From: Thermoflexus hugenholtzii JAD2
GTDB lineage: Bacteria > Chloroflexota > UBA11872 > UBA12225
Direction of reading: 5' to 3'
Assembly: GCA_945865725.1 (NCBI GenBank)
Contig: CAMBEO010000004.1
Coordinates: 2,016-66,015, forward strand
DNA: 64,000 nucleotides
Shown here one piece after another: positions 45,380 to 55,105 of this stretch. The translations under genes and the position numbers were made by a program. The notes beneath the pieces are model-generated. The model was given only the letters and a program-made list of their open reading frames with translations, had not been told where the DNA came from and searched no databases. Positions within the stretch are counted from its first letter, which is position 1, and each line of letters begins with the position of its first letter.

Positions 45380-47065
45380 ATGGTATCGCTCGCGTTCGAC
45401 CGCTACCCGCGCTACGAGGAGTTGACGCGGATCGTCCACGAGGCCGCGCACGACTGGCCGGGACTGGTCGAGGTCGAAAGCATCGGCAGGAGCCACGAGG
45501 GGCGCGAAGTCTGGTTGCTCACGGTCACCGACCGTTCGACCGGCCCGGCGTCGGAGAAGCCCGCCTTCTGGGTCGACGGCAGCATCCACTCGGCCGAACT
45601 TGCACCGACGGTCGCGATCCTCCACCTCCTCAGCCACCTGGTCACCGGGCATGGATCCGACCCCGACGTCACCCGGTGCCTCAAGACCCGGGCGTTTTAC
45701 CTCGTGCCGCGGGTCAATCCCGACGGTGCGGAACTTGCCCTGGCTGACTCGCCGCGGATGGTCCGGTCAAGCACCCGTCAGTACCCGCTCGATGTCGAAC
45801 AGGCGGATGGCCTGGTGGCGGGGGACGTCGATGGCGACGGGCACTTGCGACAGATGCGCATCGTCGACCCGAACGGTCCCTGGAAGGCGAGCGACGTCGA
45901 GCCGCGATTGATGGTCCGTCGGGAGCCGGCCGAGGTCGGTGGCACCTACTACCGGGTCCTGCCCGAGGGGCGCGTCCACGGGTACGACGGCCTGACGATC
46001 GACGTGCCCCCGGCGCGGGAGGGCCTCGACCTGAACCGGAACTTCCCCGCCCACTGGCGACTGGAGCATGACCAGAAGGGGGCCGGCCCGTACCCGGGGT
46101 CGGAACCCGAGGTCGCCAACCTCCTCCGGTTCCTCGCGACGCACCCGAACGTGATCGCCGGCGTCGCCTTCCATACCCAGAGCGGCGTCATCCTGCGCCC
46201 GTTCAGCCACCAGTCGGACGACGCGTTCCCTGCCGAGGACCTCTGGACCTACCGGAAACTTGGGGACCGCGGGACGGAAATGACCGGGTACCCGAACGTT
46301 TCCGTCTTCCACGACTTCCGGTACCACCCCAAGGAGGTGATCACCGGCGCGTTCGACGACTGGGCCTACAACCACCTTGGCATCTTCGGATGGACCGTCG
46401 AGATCTGGAACCCGCAGCGGCAGGCAGGCATTCCGGAGATGAAGTTCATCGAGTGGTACCGGGAGCACCCGTTCGAGGACGACCGGAAGCTGCTTGCGTG
46501 GTCCGATGACGCCTTGCGCGGCGAGGGCTATCGCGACTGGGCGTCGTTCGACCATCCGGACCTTGGACCGGTCGAGATCGGAGGATGGGATGCCCTCCTG
46601 GCGTTCGGCAACCCGCCCCCGCACTTGCTTGAGGCGGAAATCGCGCGCTTCGCGCCGTGGATCGTGTGGCACGCCTTGTGCAGTCCGCGGCTGGAGGTCC
46701 ACACGTTCGAGGCGTTCCGCGAGGGCGAGGCGACCTGGCGCATCCGCGCCGTCGTCCAGAACGTGGGATGGCTTCCGACCTACGTGACGAAGCACGCGTT
46801 GGCGATCAAGGCGGTGCGCGGCGTTCGCATGGAACTCGCCGTGCCGGAGGGCACGCACTTGGTCACAGGGAAGGCCACGCGCGACGCCGGGCAACTGGAA
46901 GGGCGGGCGTACAAGTCGTCGGCCCCGACGCGACGACCGGCCGACGCGACGGATGACCGAGCGAAGGTGGAGTGGGTAGTCACCGGCGTGGCCGGCGCGA
47001 CACTCACCTTGGACGCGTCGCACTCGCGCGCCGGGACCGCGCGGGCGTCGCTCACCTTGGCGTAG
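45380..47065 (+). CDS. M14 family zinc carboxypeptidase
   Basis: ATG at 45380 lies 7 nt after GGAGGA. Motifs are 'IGRSHEGREVWLL' and the zinc motif 'GSIHSAELAP' (HxxE). Confidence 0.8.
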   Translation: MVSLAFDRYPRYEELTRIVHEAAHDWPGLVEVESIGRSHEGREVWLLTVTDRSTGPASEKPAFWVDGSIHSAELAPTVAILHLLSHLVTGHGSDPDVTRCLKTRAFYLVPRVNPDGAELALADSPRMVRSSTRQYPLDVEQADGLVAGDVDGDGHLRQMRIVDPNGPWKASDVEPRLMVRREPAEVGGTYYRVLPEGRVHGYDGLTIDVPPAREGLDLNRNFPAHWRLEHDQKGAGPYPGSEPEVANLLRFLATHPNVIAGVAFHTQSGVILRPFSHQSDDAFPAEDLWTYRKLGDRGTEMTGYPNVSVFHDFRYHPKEVITGAFDDWAYNHLGIFGWTVEIWNPQRQAGIPEMKFIEWYREHPFEDDRKLLAWSDDALRGEGYRDWASFDHPDLGPVEIGGWDALLAFGNPPPHLLEAEIARFAPWIVWHALCSPRLEVHTFEAFREGEATWRIRAVVQNVGWLPTYVTKHALAIKAVRGVRMELAVPEGTHLVTGKATRDAGQLEGRAYKSSAPTRRPADATDDRAKVEWVVTGVAGATLTLDASHSRAGTARASLTLA

Positions 47066-47095
47066 CCTCGCCGCGGGCTCGCCACTTGGATCAGG

Positions 47096-47389
47096 CTACG
47101 GCCGCCGCGTCCGGGCGATCAGGTCCTCCATCGACGTGAGGTACGTCTCGAAGGCGCCTCGTCCTCGTTCAGTGAGGTCGAAGTCGGTGCGCGGCACCCG
47201 CCCGTCGAACGACTTCGTGCAGCGGAGGTAGCCGGCCTCCTCGAGCTTGCGGGCGTGCGCGCTCAGGTTTCCGTCGGTCGTTGCGAGGAGGCCCCGCAAC
47301 TCGATGAACGACAGCGAAGCGTTCACCGCGAGGGCGCTCACGATGCCGAGGCGCAACCGCTCGTGGATCATCGGGTCGAGGTCGGGCAT
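47096..47389 (-). CDS. winged-helix transcriptional regulator (HTH_34-like)
   Basis: 97 aa, 'IHERLRLGIVSALAVNASLSFIELRGLLATTDGNLSAHARKLEEAGYL'. The rest of the 350-aa track ORF is low complexity. Confidence 0.7.
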   Translation of the reverse strand: MPDLDPMIHERLRLGIVSALAVNASLSFIELRGLLATTDGNLSAHARKLEEAGYLRCTKSFDGRVPRTDFDLTERGRGAFETYLTSMEDLIARTRRP

Positions 47390-47505
47390 CGGGCACGCGC
47401 CGGTGGCGGCGCGCGGCTCCACATGCACGGGGGTCGGTTCGGCGCGGCGCGTTGAGCGGGTCACGGTCATGCCCGGGCCACTTGCGCGGGGCGTGGGCAC
47501 CGGCG

Positions 47506-48192
47506 TCATCCCCCGTGGCGGCGCGCGATGACCGCGCCGAAGGTGGCGAGGAGGCCGCCGAAACCGACCGCGAGGATCGCGTCGCCCCAGGTCGCCGGCA
47601 GGGCGAACGCGGCGGCCCCAAGGGCCATGAACGCAAGGCCGAGGGCCCGCACCGGGACGACCGACATCGCGCTTCCGGCGGTGACGCTCGCGCCGAACGC
47701 CAGCAGCCACGTGCCCGGCAGGAGGTCGGGGACGCCACGCATCCAGAGGGCAACGGTCAGGATGGCCCCGGTGACCATCGGGGGTGCAAAGCTCAGGGCG
47801 AAGCGCCGGTTCGGCCCGGCCGTGACGCGCAGGCCACGGCGCCGCGACTTCCTCGCCACCGCCAGGACCGCGACCATCGCGGCGACCGTCGCCTCGACCA
47901 TCCACGCCAGGAGCCAGCGGTCCCGGTCTGGTTGTGCACCCGCGACCGCCGCCGCCACGACTGCGGAGGCGCCGAGCCAGACCATCGCCCACCCGGGCAC
48001 CGAGGTGAACCCCCCGGCCGACTCCATTGTTGACCGGATGTACCGGAGGTCCTCGATGGCTTCCTGTGCAGGAGCGGCATTGTCGGCAGGCACACCGTCC
48101 GGGTGGCGCCTCGTACGGGGGTGGCGCGCCGGGGCGCGGTCGGGCCACGTGGCGCCGCGTGGCGCGGTCCCCGGGCGGGATGGCTCACCCAT
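47506..48192 (-). CDS. multi-pass membrane protein of unknown function
   Basis: Five to six hydrophobic helices follow '[22 protein letters not shown]'. The ATG at 48192 overlaps the uppS stop by 8 nt (ATGGGTGA); 48213 is an alternative start. Confidence 0.55.
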   Translation of the reverse strand: MGEPSRPGTAPRGATWPDRAPARHPRTRRHPDGVPADNAAPAQEAIEDLRYIRSTMESAGGFTSVPGWAMVWLGASAVVAAAVAGAQPDRDRWLLAWMVEATVAAMVAVLAVARKSRRRGLRVTAGPNRRFALSFAPPMVTGAILTVALWMRGVPDLLPGTWLLAFGASVTAGSAMSVVPVRALGLAFMALGAAAFALPATWGDAILAVGFGGLLATFGAVIARRHGG

Positions 48193-48961
48193 CGGCGTCG
48201 GGCACCCCGCCAAACTTGCGCCGACGCGCGGCGTACGCGGCCATCGCCCGGTCCAATTCCGGTTCGTCGAAGTCGGGCCAGCAGGTTGGGGTCGAGTAGT
48301 ACTCGGCGTAGGCCGCCTGCCACAGGAGGAAGTTCGAGAGGCGGAACTCGCCCGCCGTGCGCACGATCAGGTCGGGGTCAGGCAGGCCGGCGGTGTAGAG
48401 GTTCGCCGAGATCGCGGCCTCGTCGATCGCCTCGACCGGCGTGCCAGCGGTGACCAGCTTGCGGACCGCCTCGACGATCTCGGCGCGTGCGCCGTAGTTG
48501 AAGGCGACGTTCAGGATGAGGCGCTCGTTGAGGGCGGTCAACCGGATCGCGTCCTTGATGCGCCCGGCAAGGCGGTCGGGGATGCCGGCCATCGACCCGA
48601 GGTGGCGGATTTGCACGCCGCGCGCATGGAGGGCGGGTGCCTCGAGGACGATGGCCTCCGAGAGGATCTGGAAGAGGCCGGTGACCTCGTCCTGCGGGCG
48701 CCCCCAGTTCTCGGTCGAGAAGGCGTAGATCGTGACCACCTCGACGCCGCGGGCGCCGCACGTTTCGAGGATGCGCCGGAGGTTCTGGGTGCCCGCTCGG
48801 TGCCCGAAGAGGCGGGGCTGCCCGCGTTGGCGCGCCCACCGGCCGTTGCCGTCCATGATGAAGGCGACGTGCCGGGGCACCATCGTCCGGTCGATGTCGG
48901 CCGGCGGGGCAGGCGCCGGGGTCGTGCGGGAGGCGTCCCGCCAGAGGCTCGTCAAGGGCAT
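48185..48961 (-). CDS. uppS: isoprenyl transferase (undecaprenyl-diphosphate synthase family)
   Basis: '[15 protein letters not shown]', 'FSTENW' and '[16 protein letters not shown]' are present. Confidence 0.9.
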   Translation of the reverse strand: MPLTSLWRDASRTTPAPAPPADIDRTMVPRHVAFIMDGNGRWARQRGQPRLFGHRAGTQNLRRILETCGARGVEVVTIYAFSTENWGRPQDEVTGLFQILSEAIVLEAPALHARGVQIRHLGSMAGIPDRLAGRIKDAIRLTALNERLILNVAFNYGARAEIVEAVRKLVTAGTPVEAIDEAAISANLYTAGLPDPDLIVRTAGEFRLSNFLLWQAAYAEYYSTPTCWPDFDEPELDRAMAAYAARRRKFGGVPDADG

Positions 48962-49188
48962 GGAACGAAGGATAGGCGCGGGTCGCCGATGGCGTCAAGC
49001 ACTTTGCGCCCCAAAGCCTGCCGGCCCGGCACTTGCGCTCGCCCCTCGCCCGGTCCTTCGGGGAGGGTCTGAAGGCATGACGGCCGTCACCGACCCGGGG
49101 CACGGCCCACCCTGATGGCGTTCCCGGGCCGGTGGGACGCCGGCGCTCCCAGTCCGGCCCGGCGTCGCGCCGACCATGCTCCGGGGCG

Positions 49189-50436
49189 CTACGGGCGGAT
49201 CACCGACCCGTCCGGGCGACGGTCCTCGACGAGGTAGCGCGGACGGCTCGCACGTTCGCGGTCGACGAGGGCCGCGGCCTTCGCCTCGTCGATGTCGATG
49301 CCGAGTCCTGGCCGGGCGTTCGGGTAGAGGTATCCCCCGGCGAGGATCGGGTGCCCGGGGAATGCCTCAAGCTCGGCCTCGGAAAACCAGTTCTCCTCCT
49401 GGATGCCGAACGCGTGCGAGGTCATGTCGATGTGCATCGCCGCCGTCAGGTTGACCGGGTCGGTGTTCCCGCCCTCCTGCCAGGCGGTCTGCACGCCGAA
49501 CGCCTCCGCGACGTGCGCGATCTTGCGCGCGGGGGTTATCCCACCGACCTTCGAGACCCGGCACCGGATGAAGTCGATCAGGCGCTCCGAGATGAGGGGC
49601 AACCATTCCTGCACGTTGGTGAAGAGCTCGCCGATGGCCTGCGGGGTGGCGCACTGCTGCCGGATCTGCCGGTACCACGCGATCTGTTCCGGGGGCAGGA
49701 CGTCTTCCAGGAAGAACAGGCGGAACGGTTCGAGGCGCTTCGCGAGGGTGACGGCCGAGGTCGGACGCAGGTGTTCGTGCACGTCGTGGGTCAGCTTGGG
49801 CCCGTAGCCGACCTCGTCGCGGAGGCGCGCGAACATCGCTACCGTGTTCTCGATATAGGTGTCATCGTCGAACGCGCGACCGGACGGCCACGTCGGCCAG
49901 TCCCGGCCCCACGGCGTGAGGGCCGGGTCGGGCGCGTGCGGACGCGTTGCTGGGACGAACCCGCCCCCGCCATAGGCACCGACCTGGCAGCGGACGTACT
50001 GCCAACCGTCCCCGAGGTACCGGTGCACGTCGTCGACCAGTGCTTCAAGCGTGTCGCCGACGGCGTGGGCGTAGCACGGCACCGCCGCGCGGACTGGCCC
50101 GCCGAGCAACTGGTAGACCGGCATGCCGGCTTCCTTGCCCTTGATGTCCCAGAGGGCGATGTCGATCCCGGCGAGGGCGGCGTTGTGGGTCGGGCCCGTC
50201 CGCCAGTACCCGCTCGTGAAGGTCGACTGCCAGATGTCCTCGATCATCGCTGGATCGCGTCCGATGAGGCGCGGCGCCATCCACTCCTCGAGGGCGGCGA
50301 CGACCGCGCCGGTGGCGTTGTAGTCGTGCGCCGACCCGATCCCGTCCAGGCCGGGTTGGTCGGTCAAGACCTTGACGATCACCCACGACGCGGTCGCGCG
50401 CGTGCGGATCACCTTGATCCCCGTGATCCGGGCCAT
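49189..50436 (-). CDS. enolase-superfamily dehydratase (D-mannonate dehydratase-like)
   Basis: ATG at 50436 follows GAGGGGAG. 'MARITGIKVI', 'GIDIALWDIKGKEAGMPVYQLLGG', 'THDVHE', 'FLEDV' and 'IGELF' are present. Confidence 0.8.
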   Translation of the reverse strand: MARITGIKVIRTRATASWVIVKVLTDQPGLDGIGSAHDYNATGAVVAALEEWMAPRLIGRDPAMIEDIWQSTFTSGYWRTGPTHNAALAGIDIALWDIKGKEAGMPVYQLLGGPVRAAVPCYAHAVGDTLEALVDDVHRYLGDGWQYVRCQVGAYGGGGFVPATRPHAPDPALTPWGRDWPTWPSGRAFDDDTYIENTVAMFARLRDEVGYGPKLTHDVHEHLRPTSAVTLAKRLEPFRLFFLEDVLPPEQIAWYRQIRQQCATPQAIGELFTNVQEWLPLISERLIDFIRCRVSKVGGITPARKIAHVAEAFGVQTAWQEGGNTDPVNLTAAMHIDMTSHAFGIQEENWFSEAELEAFPGHPILAGGYLYPNARPGLGIDIDEAKAAALVDRERASRPRYLVEDRRPDGSVIRP

Positions 50437-50449
50437 CGCAAGTCTCCCC

Positions 50450-51262
50450 TCAGGCGCCGGAGGCCCGTGCGGCGTTCGCCTCGGCGAGGGCGAACGCGTC
50501 ATCCTCGGGTGCGTACCCCGTCAGGGCGCGCGTCTCCTCAAGGTCCATCCGTAAATACCGGTTGTTTGACACGCCGTTGACCACGGCGAACGTCACCTCT
50601 GGCGCGCCGGTCAAGCACTTGTCGAAGAGGCGGCTCAAGTCGTGATACGTCACGCGCAAGGCCTGCAACTCGGGCGTGACCTCGAGGTTCACCGCCTCGC
50701 GCGCGGTGACGCCGCCAATGCGGATCGCGATCGCGGAGAAGCTTCCGCCTGACTGGGCGACGAACGCGGCGCAGACCGCCTCGCCCCATGCCTTCGACGC
50801 GCCGTAAACGTTGCCCGGGAAGGCCACGTCGGAGGCCCGTGCCTGGCGCGTCGACGGGTAGCCGTTGATCGCATTGACGGAACTGGCGAAGACGACGCGC
50901 TTGACCCCGGCGCCCACCGCCGCGTGAACGACGTTGTAGGTCGCCTTGATGTTGCGGTCGAGGAGGCTGGCGTAAAAGTCCGCCCGCGGGCTCGGGTCGG
51001 CGGCGAGGTGCAGGACGGTGTGCGCGCCCACGACGGCACGCTCGACATTCGCGAGGTCGGCCATGTCGGCGTCCGGTCCGGCGATGACCTCGTCGCCCGG
51101 CATCGCGCCGGGGGAATCTCGCACGTCAACGAGGCGGATCCGCCATGGCGATGACGCGGGCGCACCATCTTCCTGCCCGGCAAGCCACCGCCGGTAGAAG
51201 GTCGCGATGCGCCCGGCGCCGCCGGTGACGACGAGAAGCGGGGCGGGGTCAGTCTCGGGCAT
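50450..51262 (-). CDS. NAD-dependent epimerase/dehydratase (extended SDR)
   Basis: 'LLVVTGGAGRIA' (GxxGxxG) and the catalytic 'YGASK'. Confidence 0.75.
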   Translation of the reverse strand: MPETDPAPLLVVTGGAGRIATFYRRWLAGQEDGAPASSPWRIRLVDVRDSPGAMPGDEVIAGPDADMADLANVERAVVGAHTVLHLAADPSPRADFYASLLDRNIKATYNVVHAAVGAGVKRVVFASSVNAINGYPSTRQARASDVAFPGNVYGASKAWGEAVCAAFVAQSGGSFSAIAIRIGGVTAREAVNLEVTPELQALRVTYHDLSRLFDKCLTGAPEVTFAVVNGVSNNRYLRMDLEETRALTGYAPEDDAFALAEANAARASGA

Positions 51263-51368
51263 GGTTGGGTCTCCCTCGTCGTGGCGGTTGCAGGCGCGTG
51301 GTCACCCGGGCGCGACACCGAGGGGGGTATCGCACGGGGGGACGGGACGCGCCGGCGTTCCTTGGCGG

Positions 51369-52319
51369 TCAGTCGCGCGAAATGCCCGAGACGGTCCATG
51401 CGCGGTCCATCCAATGGTGGATGCGCTTCGCCCAGTCGAGGGCGTCGTAGCCCGGTCGCGACTGGCACTGGATGCTCGCCTCGAACCCGACGGCGCCGCG
51501 CCACCCGGAGGCGGCGAGAAGCGTCAGGTACCGGGGCAAGTCGAACGTGCCCTCCCCGGCGAGGAGGAACTGGTACTCGACCGGATGGCCGTCCGGCGCG
51601 ACCGCCTGCCCGACCCCGTTGCCCTCGACGCGCCAGCCTTCCGGCTCCGGCTGGTCGAGGTAGCGGCTGTGCTGGTCCTTGATCTCGACCGACTTCGAGA
51701 GGGGCGCGAGGCGGGGCACGGTCGCCCCCATCGGCATGTTCACCACCTCGAAGTGGCTGACGTCGAAGTCAAGGGCGAGGTGGGGGGAGTTGACGGCCTT
51801 GACCAGCCACTCCGAGCGGTCGGGCGTGTCGATCGCGGCGCCCACATGCGGTTCGATGCAGATCGTCACCCCCCGCGTGGTGGCGTGGTCGACGAGGGTG
51901 CCGAGGCGGTCGAGAAGCTGCTGCCGGTGCGATTCGAACTGAGCCGGGTTGCCACCGCTCCCGCAGTTCAGGGCCGGCGCGGCCTCGTGCGGCAGGGCCA
52001 GCTCCACGCAGAGGTCGATCGAGGCGCGCAGGCGAGCCATCGCCGCCTCCACCCGGTCCGGATCGTCGCCGATGATCGGCTGGTTGCCGACGACGGACGC
52101 GAGTTCGAGGCCGTGCGTGACCATCAGTGACCGTATGCGGGCACGGTCGGCGGCGTCCCACCGGGTGAAGTCGCCGGCGTTTTCAACCCACTTGCCAGCG
52201 ATCGGGTATCCGGGCACGACGCTGATCGCCAGGGACTGGAAGCCGATCCGAGCCAGTTCGGGAATGAAGGTGGCGTACGGGACCGTCGCCATGCTCCAGG
52301 TGTTGTAGCCGATCTTCAC
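51369..52319 (-). CDS. sugar phosphate isomerase/epimerase (xylose isomerase-like TIM barrel)
   Basis: GTG at 52319 follows GGAGGGA ('VKIGYNTWSM'). 'TICIEPH' and 'ALDFDVSHF' are present. Confidence 0.75.
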   Translation of the reverse strand: MKIGYNTWSMATVPYATFIPELARIGFQSLAISVVPGYPIAGKWVENAGDFTRWDAADRARIRSLMVTHGLELASVVGNQPIIGDDPDRVEAAMARLRASIDLCVELALPHEAAPALNCGSGGNPAQFESHRQQLLDRLGTLVDHATTRGVTICIEPHVGAAIDTPDRSEWLVKAVNSPHLALDFDVSHFEVVNMPMGATVPRLAPLSKSVEIKDQHSRYLDQPEPEGWRVEGNGVGQAVAPDGHPVEYQFLLAGEGTFDLPRYLTLLAASGWRGAVGFEASIQCQSRPGYDALDWAKRIHHWMDRAWTVSGISRD

Positions 52320-52458
52320 GCGCGCTCCCTCCGTCGTCGACCGGCGCCCGCCGGCGGCGTGCATCGTACCCGCGTCGGTGACCGCGCCCCGCGACCCCGC
52401 CACCGGTTCAAAACTTCCCGGCAGCGGGCCGTGCTACCGTCTCCCGAGGGACCTGCCG

Positions 52459-52875
52459 GTGGAATGCGTTGCCTGCCGTGCGCCGCTTCCCGACCCGTCA
52501 CGCTTCTGCAACCGGTGCGGCGCCCGCCAACCGGACCCGGTCGTCGGCACGACCCGTACGCCGGTCGAGGCCGGCGTGGTCGCGTGCTCGCGCCACCCGG
52601 GTCGCGAGACGCTCCTGCGGTGCGGGAGGTGCCTCGACCCCTTCTGCCATGACTGCCTGACGCACAGTCCGGCGGGGTTGCGTTGCGACCGGTGCGGGGG
52701 CATCCGTCGCCCATGGATCCCCGCGCGATGGTCAAGCCGATTCCGTGGCCTGGGCACGATGGCGATCATCGTCCTGATCGTCCTGGCCCTGATGTTCGCG
52801 CGGTCGATGCCCCGAGGCGGGTCCCGCGGGTACGTCGCTCCGCCCGCGCCGGCCCCCGCCGTGAACACGCGGTAG
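52459..52875 (+). CDS. zinc-ribbon / B-box-like Cys-rich protein with C-terminal TM helix
   Basis: 'CVACRAPL...FCNRCG', 'CSRHPGRETLLRCGRCLDPFCHDC...CDRCGG', then the TM 'MAIIVLIVLALMF'. Start chosen at GTG 52459 after GAGGGA; the track start 52378 is an alternative. Confidence 0.5.
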   Translation: MECVACRAPLPDPSRFCNRCGARQPDPVVGTTRTPVEAGVVACSRHPGRETLLRCGRCLDPFCHDCLTHSPAGLRCDRCGGIRRPWIPARWSSRFRGLGTMAIIVLIVLALMFARSMPRGGSRGYVAPPAPAPAVNTR

Positions 52876-52973
52876 GGCCTGCGGGGGACCAACCCGAGCC
52901 GGCGTCGCCCGTCCCTCGTCGGCGGGGCGCTCGCGCTACGGGATCGTCAGGACCGGGGGATATCCTCGTTGTC

Positions 52974-55088
52974 ATGGCCCCTGAAAACGCCTCGACCCAT
53001 CGCGCCCCGGTCGCCGGCGCGCACTGCGACGATGCGCCGGGCGACCACGACCACGACCACGAGGCCCACGGTCACGGCGGCGGTGGGCATGACGACCACG
53101 ACCACGGGCCTGCCGAGCGGCACGAGACGATCCTCCTTGCCGTTGCGGCGGTCGCCATCGTCGTCGGACACGTCCTTGACCTCTGGGGCGCCGGGATTGG
53201 CGCGCCCGACTGGTCGGCCCGGGCCACGTTCGCCATCGCGATCCTTGCGACCCTGCCCCTGATCCTGCCGGAGGCATGGGAGGGCATCGTCCGTGAGCGC
53301 ACGCTCGGGATCGGAGCCCTCGTCACCGTCGCGACCGCCGGGGCGGTGTTCCTCGGCGACTGGCCGGAAGGCGCGACCGTCGCATTCCTGTTCGTACTGG
53401 GCGAGGCGATCGAGGGGTACGCCTTCGCCAGCACCCGGAGGTCGGTGTCCTCGCTGCTCGACATCGCGCCCGCAACGGCGACCGTCATCGGCGATGACGG
53501 CGCGCCCCGGGAGGTGCCGGTCCGCGAGATCTCGCCCGGGATGCACGTGGCGGTGCGACCCGGCGAACGGATTCCCGTCGACGGCATCGTGCTCGCGGGG
53601 GCGTCGTCGATCAACCAGGCCGCGCTGACTGGCGAAAGCCTCCCGGTCGAGCGCGGCATCGGCGACGAGGTCCTCGCCGGGACGATGAACGTCGACGGCT
53701 ACCTCGAGGTGTCGGTGACGCGCATCGCCGACGACACCGCGGTCGCGATGATCGTGCGCGTCGCCGGGTCCGCGCTGTCGGGCACGACCAGGAACCAGCG
53801 CCTCGTGCAACGGTTCGCTCGGTGGTACACGCCGACGGTCATCGCGCTGGCAATCGCCGTCGGCGTGGTGGCGCCGCTTGTCCTTGGCGAACCGGTGGCT
53901 GACTGGTTCGGGCGTGCGCTCATCCTGGTTCTGGTCGCCTGCCCGTGCGCCCTCCTCATGGCCGCGCCGGTCGCCATCGTCGCCGCCGTCGGCAATGCCT
54001 CCCGCCATGGCGTCGTCATCCGGACCGCCGCCGCCCTCGAGGCCGCGGGGACCGTCGACGCGGTCGCCTTCGACAAGACCGGGACGCTGACCCACGGCCT
54101 CCTCGAGGTGACGGAGGTGCTGCCGGTGCATGGGGACCGTGACGGCCTGCTGCGGATCGCGGCGGCGGTCGAGGCGCGGTCGGAACACCCGGTGGCCGCC
54201 GCGATCGTGCGCGCGGCATCGGCGCCGTTCGATGGGGCGGCCGTCGCACCGTTCGCCGGGGCGGCCATCGAGGAGTTCCGCGCCGTCGCCGGGTCCGGCG
54301 TCGTCGCGACCGTCAATGGCCTTGCGGTCGTGATCGGGCGTCCGGAATGGGTAGCCGGACAAGGGGTGGATCTCGACCCGGTCAGGGCGGACGTCGCGCG
54401 CCTCGAGGGTGCGGGGCACCGATGTGTCGTCGTCGCGTCTACCGATGATGCCGACGCCTCGCTTCAGGTCTGGGGAACCATCGGAGTCGCTGACCACGTC
54501 CGCGCCGAGGCCGCCGAGGCGGTCGCCGCGGTGCGCGGTGCAGGCAGACGCCACGTGCTCCTGGTGACGGGTGATGCGGAGCCGGCCGCGCACGCGATTG
54601 CCGCTGCCACGGGCATCGACGTGCGGGACGTGCGCGGGGCGCTGTCGCCGACGGGGAAGGTCGAGGCCGTCCGGGACCTGGCAGCGCGACCCGGCGTGCG
54701 CTCGGTGGCGATGGTCGGTGACGGCATCAACGACGCACCGGCCCTCGCCGTGGCTGGTGTCGGCATCGCGATGGGGCGAGGCAGCGCGGCGATCGCGCGG
54801 GACATGGCCGACCTGGTGATCGTCGCGGACGACCTGCGGCGTGTCGGATGGTTCCTCGACCTCGCATCGCAGACGCGCCGCGTGATCCGGGCGAATGTCG
54901 CGATGGCGATCGGTGTGAAGGCGATCGTCCTCGTCCTGGGGGCCGCCGGGCTCGCAAACCTGTGGCTGGCGATCGCCACCGACACCGGCGCGACGGTCCT
55001 GGTCGCGCTCAATGGCATCCGCCTGCTCGGCTGGGGGCGCGCCGGTCGCGCGCCATCCCTCGCGCGGGTCGCGCCCGTGCCCGCCTGA
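52974..55088 (+). CDS. heavy-metal-translocating P1B-type ATPase with His-rich N-terminus
   Basis: ATG at codon 98 of the track ORF. N-terminal 'HDHDHEAHGHGGGGHDDHDHG', the TM6 'CPC' motif, 'DKTGTLT' and 'GDGINDAPAL' are present. No CxxC HMA domain is visible. Confidence 0.9.
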   Translation: MAPENASTHRAPVAGAHCDDAPGDHDHDHEAHGHGGGGHDDHDHGPAERHETILLAVAAVAIVVGHVLDLWGAGIGAPDWSARATFAIAILATLPLILPEAWEGIVRERTLGIGALVTVATAGAVFLGDWPEGATVAFLFVLGEAIEGYAFASTRRSVSSLLDIAPATATVIGDDGAPREVPVREISPGMHVAVRPGERIPVDGIVLAGASSINQAALTGESLPVERGIGDEVLAGTMNVDGYLEVSVTRIADDTAVAMIVRVAGSALSGTTRNQRLVQRFARWYTPTVIALAIAVGVVAPLVLGEPVADWFGRALILVLVACPCALLMAAPVAIVAAVGNASRHGVVIRTAAALEAAGTVDAVAFDKTGTLTHGLLEVTEVLPVHGDRDGLLRIAAAVEARSEHPVAAAIVRAASAPFDGAAVAPFAGAAIEEFRAVAGSGVVATVNGLAVVIGRPEWVAGQGVDLDPVRADVARLEGAGHRCVVVASTDDADASLQVWGTIGVADHVRAEAAEAVAAVRGAGRRHVLLVTGDAEPAAHAIAAATGIDVRDVRGALSPTGKVEAVRDLAARPGVRSVAMVGDGINDAPALAVAGVGIAMGRGSAAIARDMADLVIVADDLRRVGWFLDLASQTRRVIRANVAMAIGVKAIVLVLGAAGLANLWLAIATDTGATVLVALNGIRLLGWGRAGRAPSLARVAPVPA

Positions 55089-55105
55089 CGCCCAGGAGGC
55101 GGCTC

